From positions 1 to 36,614 of the forward strand of contig JBDRCZ010000053.1 of assembly GCA_043821285.1 (NCBI GenBank): DNA of 36,614 bases, read 5' to 3'. The position numbers and the translations under genes are program-made. The stretch comes from Candidatus Omnitrophota bacterium (GTDB taxonomy: Bacteria; Omnitrophota; Gorgyraeia; B26-G9; JBDRCZ01). Each line of letters begins with the position of its first letter. Within the stretch, counting starts at the first letter, position 1. Below are positions 25,464-34,257 of the stretch, piece by piece. The notes beneath the pieces are model-generated. The model made no database searches. It saw only the letters and a program-made list of their open reading frames with translations, and was not told the origin of the DNA.

Positions 25464-25663
25464 CTCCGCATCCCCCGCTTCCCCATATAACCTGTAAAAT
25501 TTTCTATATTTTCAGTATTATCTAACCTTATGGCTGGGGCAAGGTGGGTATGGAGAGATTTAAGGCTGCCTACCGCGGCCCAGGCAATGTCCAAGCAGAG
25601 AAAGGCATTCACTAATATTATGGCGGTCAATCTGAACCAAATTGTACGTGTCAAATTATTCAT
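25460..25663 (-). CDS. Small ORF encoding a copy of the N-terminal leader module of the 408-aa protein, possibly a remnant
   Basis: The product (67 aa) reads …TAIILVNAFLCLDIAWAAVGSLKSLHTHLAPAI…. This is about 70% identical to residues about 15-47 of the protein encoded at 22326..23552. Its stop overlaps the deiminase start (ATGA). Confidence 0.4.
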   Translation of the reverse strand: MNNLTRTIWFRLTAIILVNAFLCLDIAWAAVGSLKSLHTHLAPAIRLDNTENIENFTGYMGKRGMRR

Positions 25664-26152
25664 ATGTTATGTCCAATGTTTTTTGAGTTTCTAATTGACC
25701 TAATTGCTCTAATCTACTAGAAACTCAAAACCACAATTAAAATTTAGAGGTTTTTTTATTCTATTTTACCTTTTTACTTTTGACTTGTACCTTTAATTCA
25801 TTCGTGAAGATTTGTGTAATTCGTGGTTGAAAAATAAAAAATATAACTACTTTTCGACAAGATTTACCTCATAAGAAAACTTCACTTGACACTGTTTTCT
25901 TATACTTGGTCTATTTTCTTTAGCTTTGTTTTAAATATATTGCCAATAATTTTAAAATCTATTTAAAAAACTATTTTTAAAAGTATACCATATATTTCGG
26001 ATTTTTCAAGGGTTTGGCAAAATTTTTTTGGTAAAAGGTGTAAAAGGTTAGCTCTTATCTGAACGGCTAATTTCCTCATTCAGATTTTAGATCGTTTAAA
26101 GCCTGCGGAAATTTTTTCGTTCTTTTTTGATGGGAAATAAAATAAGACAAAA

Positions 26153-26232
26153 CCACGGATAAATACAGATTGGACACGAATAAAAAATGAGATCAAATCA
26201 TTAGCCTTTTAAAATCCGTGTTAATCCGTGGC
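26153..26232. repeat. CACGGAT/CACGAAT-variant palindromic element
   Basis: The sequence is ccacggataaatacagattggacacgaataaaa … aaaatccgtgttaatccgtggc. Confidence 0.6.
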
Positions 26233-26247
26233 TATATTCTCTTTTAA

Positions 26248-27294
26248 TTACTTTTCTGCCTGATCCACAGCTGCATCCGATTCTTTCGCAGGATTTTTAA
26301 CATCACTTTTTGGCAGCTGATAAAAAATCTCAACAATCTGCTCTTCCAGTGCCTTTTCCAGCAAAGACTGAGTAAGTGCCTGCTGTTTCTTCTGCCGGTA
26401 TTCATATTCCACCTGATTTTTTACCTCGTTAAACTCTTTTTGACGCTTTGTGGTTTTACCATCGTCTCCTTTAACCTCTTCGACATATTTATCTTTATTA
26501 GCATTATAATAAAGCTTGAGGTCATCCGGGGTAATTTTTAATTCCTTTTCGATTTCCTGTTTCAGCAGCTGCTCAACCGCAAACTGTTTTTTAACCTGCT
26601 CAAAAAACTCTCGCGCCGCAGTATTATTATCCAGTCCAAGGCGTTTTGCTTTTAAATACAACACCTCACTAGCCACATATTGCTTAATAAAATCATATCT
26701 TGCGCCCTCAGTCTCATAATTTTTCCTCAGCCACTCCGGCATCCGGTCCATGGCATTATTTATATCCGTCTCGGTAATCTCCTCATCACCGACCTTAGCA
26801 ATAATATTTCCCATTTTCTCTTCCGGTTTTTCTAAGGCAGTACGGGTTTTAAGTTCATACTGCGCCTGCGTAGTCATACCGGCCTTCTCCAGTGCCGCAA
26901 TAACCTTCTGATTTAACTCGGCAATAAAACCAGCATTTTTATCCAACATCTCCGCGCGAAAGTAATAACTCAAGGCCTTTTCATACTCATATAACTCCAG
27001 ATACAAATTACCGAGCAAATAAGCCGTCTTGGCTAATTCTTTTCTCTCTTTTCTCCCCGCTGCCGTTAAATAATCCTCCAGCGCCTGGGCCGCTTGTTTT
27101 TTTAGGCCTTTGACCATAAGCTGATTAGCATATTCAAGCTGGTCTTCGACTGACCAGTTTCCCGGTTGTCCAACCGGCAGAGAAATCCTGCCCGGAACCT
27201 GTAAAACTAAAACCGCCAAAACTACGATACCGATAACAATTATCATATTTAACACGGGGATTTTTTTCATCATCTCAGCGCAATCTCCTTTCAC
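26248..27294 (-). CDS. Membrane-anchored protein with TPR-like and SurA-N/PpiD-like chaperone-type regions
   Basis: An N-terminal TM (IIVIGIVVLAVLVLQV) is present. TPR-like helices follow (…AYLLGNLYLELYEYEKALSYYFRA…). The segment …ITPDDLKLYYNANKDKYVEE… is typical of SurA N-terminal-like domains. The gene overlaps the DUF58 gene by 20 nt. Confidence 0.6.
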   Translation of the reverse strand: MKGDCAEMMKKIPVLNMIIVIGIVVLAVLVLQVPGRISLPVGQPGNWSVEDQLEYANQLMVKGLKKQAAQALEDYLTAAGRKERKELAKTAYLLGNLYLELYEYEKALSYYFRAEMLDKNAGFIAELNQKVIAALEKAGMTTQAQYELKTRTALEKPEEKMGNIIAKVGDEEITETDINNAMDRMPEWLRKNYETEGARYDFIKQYVASEVLYLKAKRLGLDNNTAAREFFEQVKKQFAVEQLLKQEIEKELKITPDDLKLYYNANKDKYVEEVKGDDGKTTKRQKEFNEVKNQVEYEYRQKKQQALTQSLLEKALEEQIVEIFYQLPKSDVKNPAKESDAAVDQAEK

Positions 27295-28153
27295 GCATCT
27301 TAAAAAACTTCACCAATGCCTGGCTATAAGTTTTATCCGTACGCATATCAATATTATCCACATTTATCGAACGCAGTAACCGCTCTCTTTCTTTAAAACT
27401 TTGCATAGACTTACGGCTAAACTCAGCTCTTAAGGCCGCATCAGCAGTATCCAGCAAATAACCCTCTCCGGTTTCTGCATCTTCTAATTTAATCATCCCG
27501 ATATTTGGCAGCTCGAGCTCCCGCGGGTCAGTAATCGTTATTGCGACAATATCATGCCTTTTATTGGCAACGGACAATGCCTTTTTAAAATCCTTGGCAA
27601 AAAAATCCGAAATAAGGAAAGTCACGGTTTTACGTTTTGTTACCTTATTCAAATATTCCAAAGCCACTGGTATATCCGTACCAATGCCATCGGCCTTAAA
27701 ATAGAGCATTTCCCGGATAATCCTTAAGATATGGCGCAGTCCCTTACGCGGGGGAACAAATTTTTCTATGCGATCGGTAAAAATTATCAGTCCCACCTTA
27801 TCATTATTATGCCCTGCAGAAAACGCCAAAACCGAAGAAAGCTCAGCCGCCAACTGCTGCTTCAGCCGGTTAACCGTACCAAAGCGGCACGACCGCGACA
27901 TATCCAGCATGAGCATAACTGTTAGCTCTCTTTCCTCCATAAACTTTTTAATATAGGGGTGTCCCATACGCGCAGTAACATTCCAGTCTATGGAACGGAT
28001 CTCATCCCCTGGCTGATATTCTCGCACCTCTTCAAACTCCATACCTTTACCTTTAAAAACGCTATGGTACTGTCCGGCAAACACATCCGTAACCATACGG
28101 GAGGTAGTAATCTGAATCCGCCGTATATTTTTTAAAACTTCTTTGGGAATCAT
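27275..28153 (-). CDS. DUF58 protein, the usual partner of MoxR
   Basis: The signature …EEVREYQPGDEIRSIDWNVTARMGHPYIKKF…LMLDMSRSC… is present. Confidence 0.85.
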   Translation of the reverse strand: MIPKEVLKNIRRIQITTSRMVTDVFAGQYHSVFKGKGMEFEEVREYQPGDEIRSIDWNVTARMGHPYIKKFMEERELTVMLMLDMSRSCRFGTVNRLKQQLAAELSSVLAFSAGHNNDKVGLIIFTDRIEKFVPPRKGLRHILRIIREMLYFKADGIGTDIPVALEYLNKVTKRKTVTFLISDFFAKDFKKALSVANKRHDIVAITITDPRELELPNIGMIKLEDAETGEGYLLDTADAALRAEFSRKSMQSFKERERLLRSINVDNIDMRTDKTYSQALVKFFKMRERRLR

Positions 28154-28258
28154 ATATACCTATACTCTCCTATTATCTTCCTTTGAAAATTTCTAATTGC
28201 TTCAACCTGAGCGAGCCAGAACCAAACACAATCACGCCACTTTTGGCTCGTTCAGGTT

Positions 28259-28299
28259 GTTATATAAAAACCTACGGTTTTCAAGCTTTCCCTTTTATT
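28259..28299 (-). promoter_or_regulatory. Conserved 41-bp promoter/operator box upstream of the DUF58 gene, containing the palindrome AAAACCTACGGTTTT
   Basis: The plus-strand sequence is gttatataaaaacctacggttttcaagctttcccttttatt. It is identical to the box at 29446-29486 at 40 of 41 positions. In the minus sense it reads TTGAAAACCGTAGGTTTTTATATAAC. A 16-bp stem-loop (28203-28259) lies between the box and the ribosome-binding site. Confidence 0.5.
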
Positions 28300-28387
28300 T
28301 TTTTTCTGTGATTCAGTAAACGTAACGTTACGACATACAATATACAATATACGACATACAACTGTCTTCATCTGCGATCATCTGCGT

Positions 28388-29383
28388 TTAGGGAACTTCT
28401 ATCTCCTCAAAAATCCGTTTAATTATATCTTCGGAAGTTTTTTCCTCTGCCTCCGCTTCATAACTTACAATCACCCGATGGCGCAGCACATCCGGTCCGA
28501 TAGATTTCACATCCTGCGGAGTAACATAACCTCGTCCCTGAATAAACGCATAGGCCCGCGCCGCCACGGTCAAATAAATACTTGCCCGGGGCGAGGCACC
28601 ATACTGAATAAGCCCGGAGAGGTCATTTAATTTATATTTTTCCGGGGCACGGGTAGCAAAAACAATATTTAAAATATACTGTTCAACCTTTTCATCCATA
28701 TACACCTCATCAACCACCGCTCTGGCTCTGATAATATCTTCCGGTGCAACCACGGGATTTACCGCAATCTTTTTATCCGTAAAACTCATCATCTTCAAAA
28801 TCTTATGCTCCTCCTGCATACTGGGATAGGTTAAATTTATCTTGAGCATAAACCGGTCCACCTGTGCTTCCGGCAAGGGATAAGTACCTTCTTGCTCGAT
28901 AGGGTTTTGCGTCGCCATAACCAAAAACGGCTCATCGAGTTTAAAAGTATTCTCTCCGATCGTAATCTGTCTTTCCTGCATTGCTTCCAGCAATGCACTC
29001 TGCACCTTAGCTGGCGCGCGGTTTATCTCATCGGCCAAAATAATATTGGCAAATATCGGTCCTTTTTTCGTCGTAAAAGTTCCCTCTTTAGGATTATAAA
29101 TCAATGTCCCGATAATATCCGCGGGCAGCAAATCCGGGGTAAACTGCAATCTTTGGAATTTAGTTTTAACTGTTTGCGCAAGCGTTTTAATCGAGAGCGT
29201 TTTCGCCAGTCCCGGCACCCCTTCGACCAAAATATGGCCATTGGCCAAAAGCCCGATTAACAGCCTTTCAACCAAATAATCCTGTCCCACAATCACCTTC
29301 CTAATCTCAGCCAGCACTGCCTGCACAAACCCACTTTCATTCTTAATCTTCTCATTTATTGCAGTTATCCCTTTTCCAATCAT
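28388..29383 (-). CDS. moxR: MoxR-family AAA+ ATPase
   Basis: The Walker A motif is …ILVEGVPGLAKTLSIKTLAQ…. The signature …FQRLQFTPDLLPADIIGT… and Walker B …IILADEINRAP… are present. Confidence 0.9.
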   Translation of the reverse strand: MIGKGITAINEKIKNESGFVQAVLAEIRKVIVGQDYLVERLLIGLLANGHILVEGVPGLAKTLSIKTLAQTVKTKFQRLQFTPDLLPADIIGTLIYNPKEGTFTTKKGPIFANIILADEINRAPAKVQSALLEAMQERQITIGENTFKLDEPFLVMATQNPIEQEGTYPLPEAQVDRFMLKINLTYPSMQEEHKILKMMSFTDKKIAVNPVVAPEDIIRARAVVDEVYMDEKVEQYILNIVFATRAPEKYKLNDLSGLIQYGASPRASIYLTVAARAYAFIQGRGYVTPQDVKSIGPDVLRHRVIVSYEAEAEEKTSEDIIKRIFEEIEVP

Positions 29384-29445
29384 GATATTTCCCCTCCCTA
29401 CCTATCCGAGCAAGAACAAAAAAACTGTTCTTGCTCGTCTATCTT

Positions 29446-29486
29446 GTTATATAAAAACCTACGGTTTTCAAACTTTCCCTTTTATT
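29446..29486 (-). promoter_or_regulatory. Second copy of the conserved 41-bp promoter/operator box, upstream of moxR
   Basis: The plus-strand sequence is gttatataaaaacctacggttttcaaactttcccttttatt. A stem-loop CCGAGCAAGAACA/TGTTCTTGCTCG (29406-29437) lies between the box and the ribosome-binding site GGGAGGGG. Confidence 0.5.
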
Positions 29487-29962
29487 GTAGTTACAACATC
29501 GTAAATGTTTTTTAATATCTTCTACCACTATTTGCTGTCTGCGAATAAAACGCTTATAGATTAATATAACACAAGTATCCTAACCATGTAGTGCATATAG
29601 AAAATCTTGCAGCTTTAGTCTATATTCTATGGTCTACCTTTTGAAGTATTTTTATAATATAGTATAATAAAAAAATCAAAAAAATCAAGGGTTATAGTAA
29701 TTTTTTCGCAAAATAAAATCTATACGAGTTAATTTTTTGACATTAATATGGGTATGAATTTGCTGGCAACTATAACAGAGCACTTGCTTATTGCTGCTGG
29801 TTGAGTTTGATAATACCGGGAATTTTCATCTGGATAATAGCTTTTGTAATAGTATTCATTATGTGATTATTCTCTTCTATTTTTGTTCTTTTTCTTATAT
29901 TCTCTCTGTGAACTTTGTGTGCTCTGTGGTTAATTATTATTTTATTTTTTTAAGCTGTACTC

Positions 29963-30166
29963 TTACTCTGGTTCTTTTTTCGGTGGAACATTGGTTACTT
30001 TAAGACTTTCTACGATGCTATAAAAATTCTTAATGATATCATACCGGCCGATAATTCCCACCAATTTTGAGCCTTCGATTACTGGAAGGGTATGGATATT
30101 TTTATATTTAACCAGCACGATTATGTCGTTTAATTTTAACATATTACATCCCCATGACCCCTCCAA
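29963..30166 (-). CDS. Single CBS-motif fragment. It is possibly a gene remnant.
   Basis: The segment …LPVIEGSKLVGIIGRYDIIKNF… matches a single CBS motif. The ORF is only 67 aa and has no second CBS copy in frame. Confidence 0.3.
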   Translation of the reverse strand: MEGSWGCNMLKLNDIIVLVKYKNIHTLPVIEGSKLVGIIGRYDIIKNFYSIVESLKVTNVPPKKEPE

Positions 30167-30492
30167 AAATCATGGCGGGGAATTTAATCCGGCGGAAGGG
30201 ATACTCCCCATTTTCTGTTTTAAACATCAAACACAACCAATTAGGGCAATTAACAAAGTCCTCGTTAAAAATAGTTTTACCTGCGATATGAGTTGATAAT
30301 TTATTATACAAACCGGCAATATACGTACCGGGTAATAAATTTTTGAAGATAGGGACTCACAGCACGCACCTCTGGTACCAACATCACCATTGCCCAGTGT
30401 ACAACAGGGCCTCACGCAGGCTTTCTTCACCATGCTTAAACTGGCGATAAATCAACTTCCATGAAACGTATGTACTTTGTTTACGAATTTTC

Positions 30493-32118
30493 TTAAGACG
30501 ACTCAGCAATAACCTTTTCAAATAACTTCCTAACCTCCTCGGTTGAAAACAGGCAAAAATCCGCGGCAGAAATCTTAAGATTATCTGAGACCAAAATCCC
30601 CGTACCTCTGGTTCTTATTGTTCTAAACGCAAATTCATCGGTCACATCATCCCCGATATAGATAACCGCGCACTCCGGCCATGACAACCCAAGCGCCTGC
30701 ATGATCCAGCGGATTGCCTGCCCTTTATTCCAATTAATGTTTGGCATAAGCTCAAACACCTTTTTCCCACTCATCAGCCGCAGTGATTTATTCTCTCTCA
30801 TAATCTTATTAACACTACTTTTAATTTTAGAAAAATATTTCTTCTCATCAACCAGGCGGTAATGCATCGCCGCGCTAAACCTTTTTTCTTCAATCAACAA
30901 CCCTTGAATATCACCAAGCTGATTAGATAATCTTTTTATTACCTCAGCTATCACCGTGCTCATCTCCTGAGCCTTCGGGTGAACCATAGAAAACCCCGGG
31001 CCAAGGATATCAAACCCATGATTTCCTGCATAAAAAATATCCTTGATACCCGCAAGATTTTGAACATCCTCTCTCATCCGGCCGCTAACTATGGCCACCG
31101 TATGCAATCTTGCCAAATGAGTTACAATGTCTCTCATATCATCAGAAATCCGCGCCAGTTCCGGCCGCTCCACGATTGGGGTCAACGTGCCATCATAATC
31201 CAAAAAAAACACCAGCCTTTTCCCGTTAAAAAACGCCTGTTTTGCACTTTGCGTGTAGCAGGGATTAACCGTGACATTACATCCGGCATACTGGGGATCC
31301 GGCTCAAACGAAACATTTTCTTTTGACTCCCAACTTTCAAACAAAGGTTTTACTTTTCTCTGAAACCATTTTTCAATCCACTCAATATTTATCTCTGCTA
31401 AATCCCGCACCACAACATCCGCGCCACTGGCAAGCAACTCTGCTTCATTTCCCCGGCGGGCAACGCCAACAACCAATCCAAAACCACCATTTCTCCCGGC
31501 AGCCACACCAGATGCCGCATCTTCGACAACCATCGCCCGTTCCGGTTTAGACCCTGTTTTACCGGCCGCAGCAACAAAAATATCTCCTTCCGGCTTACCC
31601 TTAAGTCCCAGCTCTGCAGAAACCAACCCGCCAACACTTGTTTTCAAAAGATCGTGTAAACCTGCGGACTTAAGGATTGCTTTACAACTTTTGGAAGAAG
31701 ATGCTACGCCAATGCGTATACCGGCTGACTTAAGTTTTTCAATCAAGGCAACACTGGTCGGAAAAATCTCCGCTCCTTCTTGTTTTAACATCCTGAGGAA
31801 CAAATTATTCCTTTTATTGCCGAGACCGCAAATAGTTTCCTTATCCGGTTTATCTGACGGGTCCCCGTAGGGAATATTAATCCCTCGTGATTCAAGAAAA
31901 CTTTTAACCCCCTGATAGCGCGGTCTACCGTCAACGTAGCGTAAATACCCTTCCTGATAAGTAAACTCACAAAACGGTTCACCGTCCTTTTTTTTCCGCA
32001 TGCGCAAATACTTATCAAACATCGTCTTCCATGATTTTGTGTGTATACGCGCGGTTTTCGTAACCACCCCATCTAAATCAAAAATAACCGTATCAAAAGA
32101 ATACTCCGGCACAAGCAT
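30493..32118 (-). CDS. Two-domain HAD-superfamily protein. A beta-phosphoglucomutase-like N-domain is fused to a trehalose-6-phosphate phosphatase (OtsB)-like C-domain.
   Basis: N-terminal HAD motif I is VIFDLDGVVT. A second HAD motif I is LVFFLDYDGTLTP, typical of T6PP. A C-terminal GDDVTDE motif is present. Confidence 0.8.
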   Translation of the reverse strand: MLVPEYSFDTVIFDLDGVVTKTARIHTKSWKTMFDKYLRMRKKKDGEPFCEFTYQEGYLRYVDGRPRYQGVKSFLESRGINIPYGDPSDKPDKETICGLGNKRNNLFLRMLKQEGAEIFPTSVALIEKLKSAGIRIGVASSSKSCKAILKSAGLHDLLKTSVGGLVSAELGLKGKPEGDIFVAAAGKTGSKPERAMVVEDAASGVAAGRNGGFGLVVGVARRGNEAELLASGADVVVRDLAEINIEWIEKWFQRKVKPLFESWESKENVSFEPDPQYAGCNVTVNPCYTQSAKQAFFNGKRLVFFLDYDGTLTPIVERPELARISDDMRDIVTHLARLHTVAIVSGRMREDVQNLAGIKDIFYAGNHGFDILGPGFSMVHPKAQEMSTVIAEVIKRLSNQLGDIQGLLIEEKRFSAAMHYRLVDEKKYFSKIKSSVNKIMRENKSLRLMSGKKVFELMPNINWNKGQAIRWIMQALGLSWPECAVIYIGDDVTDEFAFRTIRTRGTGILVSDNLKISAADFCLFSTEEVRKLFEKVIAESS

Positions 32119-32187
32119 TATCTCCTTTTCGACTATCTGGCTATACCGATTTTTCTTTTTTACTCACTATCACAGATAGCAACCGCA

Positions 32188-33639
32188 TTATTGGTCAACT
32201 TCGTTTGATGCTTTTTCTGTTGTTTCCTTATTATCTTCCTTTACAGGTGCATCCGGCTTTTCCTGAGAATCTGGGGTAACACTTGGGGAAATATCGTCTT
32301 TCATGGACATAATCTTTTGTAAGAAATCTCCAATGTCCAATCCGGTAGCTACCTTCATCTGCTCCATGAACTTCACGAGACCACCCGGTATTGCGGTCAT
32401 TAACCGATTGACAGCATGCCCATCCTGACCACATCCACTGTCAATAGCAATTACCTTGTCGAACTTAATCTGTCCAAGGGCATCCGCGCCTTTTCCTGCG
32501 ACTTCTTTTATTGCCTCGAGCGCGAGGTTGAGCTGGGCAGCCTTTCCGTACGCGTTCCATGCTTCTGCCTTCTTCCTCAGACCTTCAGCTTCAGCCTCCA
32601 GCACCAGTTGGATACCTTTTGCCTCAGCTTCTTTTATCTTGAAGATTTTTGCAGCCTCACCCTCTGCTTTTAGGATTGCCGCCTTCTTATCCGCTTCAGC
32701 AGGAATAACCACTTGAGCTCTGAATTTCTGCTCTTCTGCATCAGCTTTGGCAGATTCAACCTTTTTTCGCGCGGTTTCCTCAACTTCTTTTACCTTCTGC
32801 TGCTCAACAACAACTTCCTGCCTGGCTTTTGCCTCTGCAAGCGGACCCTGTTGCTCGGCCTTTTTCGTTGCACCGAGAGTCTCACCAAGATACTGCTGCT
32901 TTGCAACGTCGCGGTTCTTATTTGCTTCCGCAGTCATTCTTTCCTGCTCAGCCTTTACAACCAGACCTTCTCTGCTGGCAGTTTCAGACTTCTTCATTGC
33001 GTCACGCTCGGCTTCTGCCTTTCCAATAGCAGCGTCCCTCTTTACTTCAGATGTTCTTTTCACGCCGAGTGCTTCGAGGTATCCGCGCTCATCACGGATG
33101 TCCTGAATATTGATAATGTCAATGATAACACCAATCTTTGCTAACTCATCACCAGCTTGTTCCAGGACTTTCTGCACAAACATATCTCTCTTCTGATACA
33201 ACTCCTCTACTGTAAGCACACCGATGATATCACGGAGCTGGCCTTCCAGGGTTTCCTTAATGATTCTTGTTATCTGTTCCGGTGGTTCCCCAAGAAACCT
33301 TTCAACGGCTTTTGCTAATAACTCATCTTGGCTTGCAATTTTCACGTTAGCAACAGCCTCAATGGTTACCGGTACACCCTCTTTGGAATATGCTTTCTCC
33401 ACCTTGACATCCGGGAGGTTCATTGTCTTGAGAGATATTTTACTGACTATCTCGAAAATAGGAATTTTGAACCTCGCACCACCAACAACAGCAGTCCAAC
33501 CACGCTGTGTTTGCTTATTCCTTCCACCTGTGAAAATCAAAGCTTCATTAGGTTCAGCCTTTAGGTAGTTTACCGAGAATATGGTACCCAGCGAGACAAA
33601 ACCGATAATCACCATACCGATAATTAATGCCAATCCCAT
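32188..33639 (-). CDS. Flotillin / SPFH (band-7) family protein
   Basis: An N-terminal TM is followed by an SPFH domain. A long E/A/K-rich coiled-coil region follows (…AEAERDAMKKSE…EAEAKGIQLVLEAEAEGLRKKAEAW…), typical of FloA/YqiK. Confidence 0.85.
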   Translation of the reverse strand: MGLALIIGMVIIGFVSLGTIFSVNYLKAEPNEALIFTGGRNKQTQRGWTAVVGGARFKIPIFEIVSKISLKTMNLPDVKVEKAYSKEGVPVTIEAVANVKIASQDELLAKAVERFLGEPPEQITRIIKETLEGQLRDIIGVLTVEELYQKRDMFVQKVLEQAGDELAKIGVIIDIINIQDIRDERGYLEALGVKRTSEVKRDAAIGKAEAERDAMKKSETASREGLVVKAEQERMTAEANKNRDVAKQQYLGETLGATKKAEQQGPLAEAKARQEVVVEQQKVKEVEETARKKVESAKADAEEQKFRAQVVIPAEADKKAAILKAEGEAAKIFKIKEAEAKGIQLVLEAEAEGLRKKAEAWNAYGKAAQLNLALEAIKEVAGKGADALGQIKFDKVIAIDSGCGQDGHAVNRLMTAIPGGLVKFMEQMKVATGLDIGDFLQKIMSMKDDISPSVTPDSQEKPDAPVKEDNKETTEKASNEVDQ

Positions 33640-33705
33640 CTTTGCCCCCTTTGTTTAATTAGTTATTAATTAATAATTTGTTAACATTTTTAACCGGCTC
33701 TACTT

Positions 33706-34257
33706 TTATTCAACTCTTGCTGTGCCGTTATCAACAGACTTTATCTTTACAATATCACCTCTCGCAAACTCCTTGCTTTGGTCTATTGCAACCGCGCGAA
33801 AAAACATACAACTTTGAGTATTTGGATTTCTTGCTTGTATCTCCCCTGCCCCTCCTTTCGGTATTGGAACAGTGATCGTCCCTTCTGCGCCGACAAATGA
33901 AATGCCTCTTACATGGCTTGTTGCCTGTTGCTTGTAAAGCCATGAAAGAACCTTATAGACCATAAACCAGATAACAATCCCTCCAATCAAGCCGGCAATT
34001 ACATGGTAAATACTCCATGAAAGAAATACTGCCATATAACCCGCAGCCCCAAAGCCTAAAATAAAACTAAGAATTAGCTTCAGGTTTAGCATGCCTGGAC
34101 CTGCACTTTCTGGTACATTACCGTCAAATCCGCCGACATCAACATCTGCATCAACGCCGACTTCTGTATCACCGCCACCAATTGCTATGAGAAACAGAAA
34201 CACCGCAGAAAAAACCGTCATCAAGCCGTAAATCCACAATAGATCCATTGTATACAC
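33706..34257 (-). CDS. NfeD-family membrane protein (flotillin partner, C-terminal OB-fold)
   Basis: Multiple TM helices are followed by a C-terminal soluble domain (…GTITVPIPKGGAGEIQARNPNTQSCMFFRAVAIDQSKEFARGDIVKIKSVDNGTARVE). The gene sits immediately upstream of the flotillin gene, the classic pairing. Confidence 0.75.
   Translation of the reverse strand: MYTMDLLWIYGLMTVFSAVFLFLIAIGGGDTEVGVDADVDVGGFDGNVPESAGPGMLNLKLILSFILGFGAAGYMAVFLSWSIYHVIAGLIGGIVIWFMVYKVLSWLYKQQATSHVRGISFVGAEGTITVPIPKGGAGEIQARNPNTQSCMFFRAVAIDQSKEFARGDIVKIKSVDNGTARVE

Noticed and set aside
10270-26240. Whether the recurring intergenic repeats are a CRISPR array
   Set aside because: The repeats are dispersed over 16 kb between protein-coding genes. 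They are imperfect and occur in both orientations, and they are not regularly spaced with unique spacers.
28240-28262. TGGCTC-N5-GGTTG as a sigma-54 promoter
   Set aside because: It lacks the conserved -12 GC. It is simply the right arm of the 5'-UTR hairpin, and it is oriented away from any gene.
30167-30492. ORFs 30033-30296 (+) and 30227-30433 (-) in the gap after the HAD gene
   Set aside because: They have no ribosome-binding sites, are Cys/Pro-rich oddities, and overlap imperfect hairpins. They are more likely non-coding. A second CBS motif for the neighbouring fragment could not be recovered in any frame.
32416-33568. Several plus-strand ORFs of 85-143 aa opposite the flotillin gene
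   Set aside because: They are shadow frames of the A/E/K-rich coiled-coil coding region. Their products are Ser/Leu/Phe-rich nonsense.
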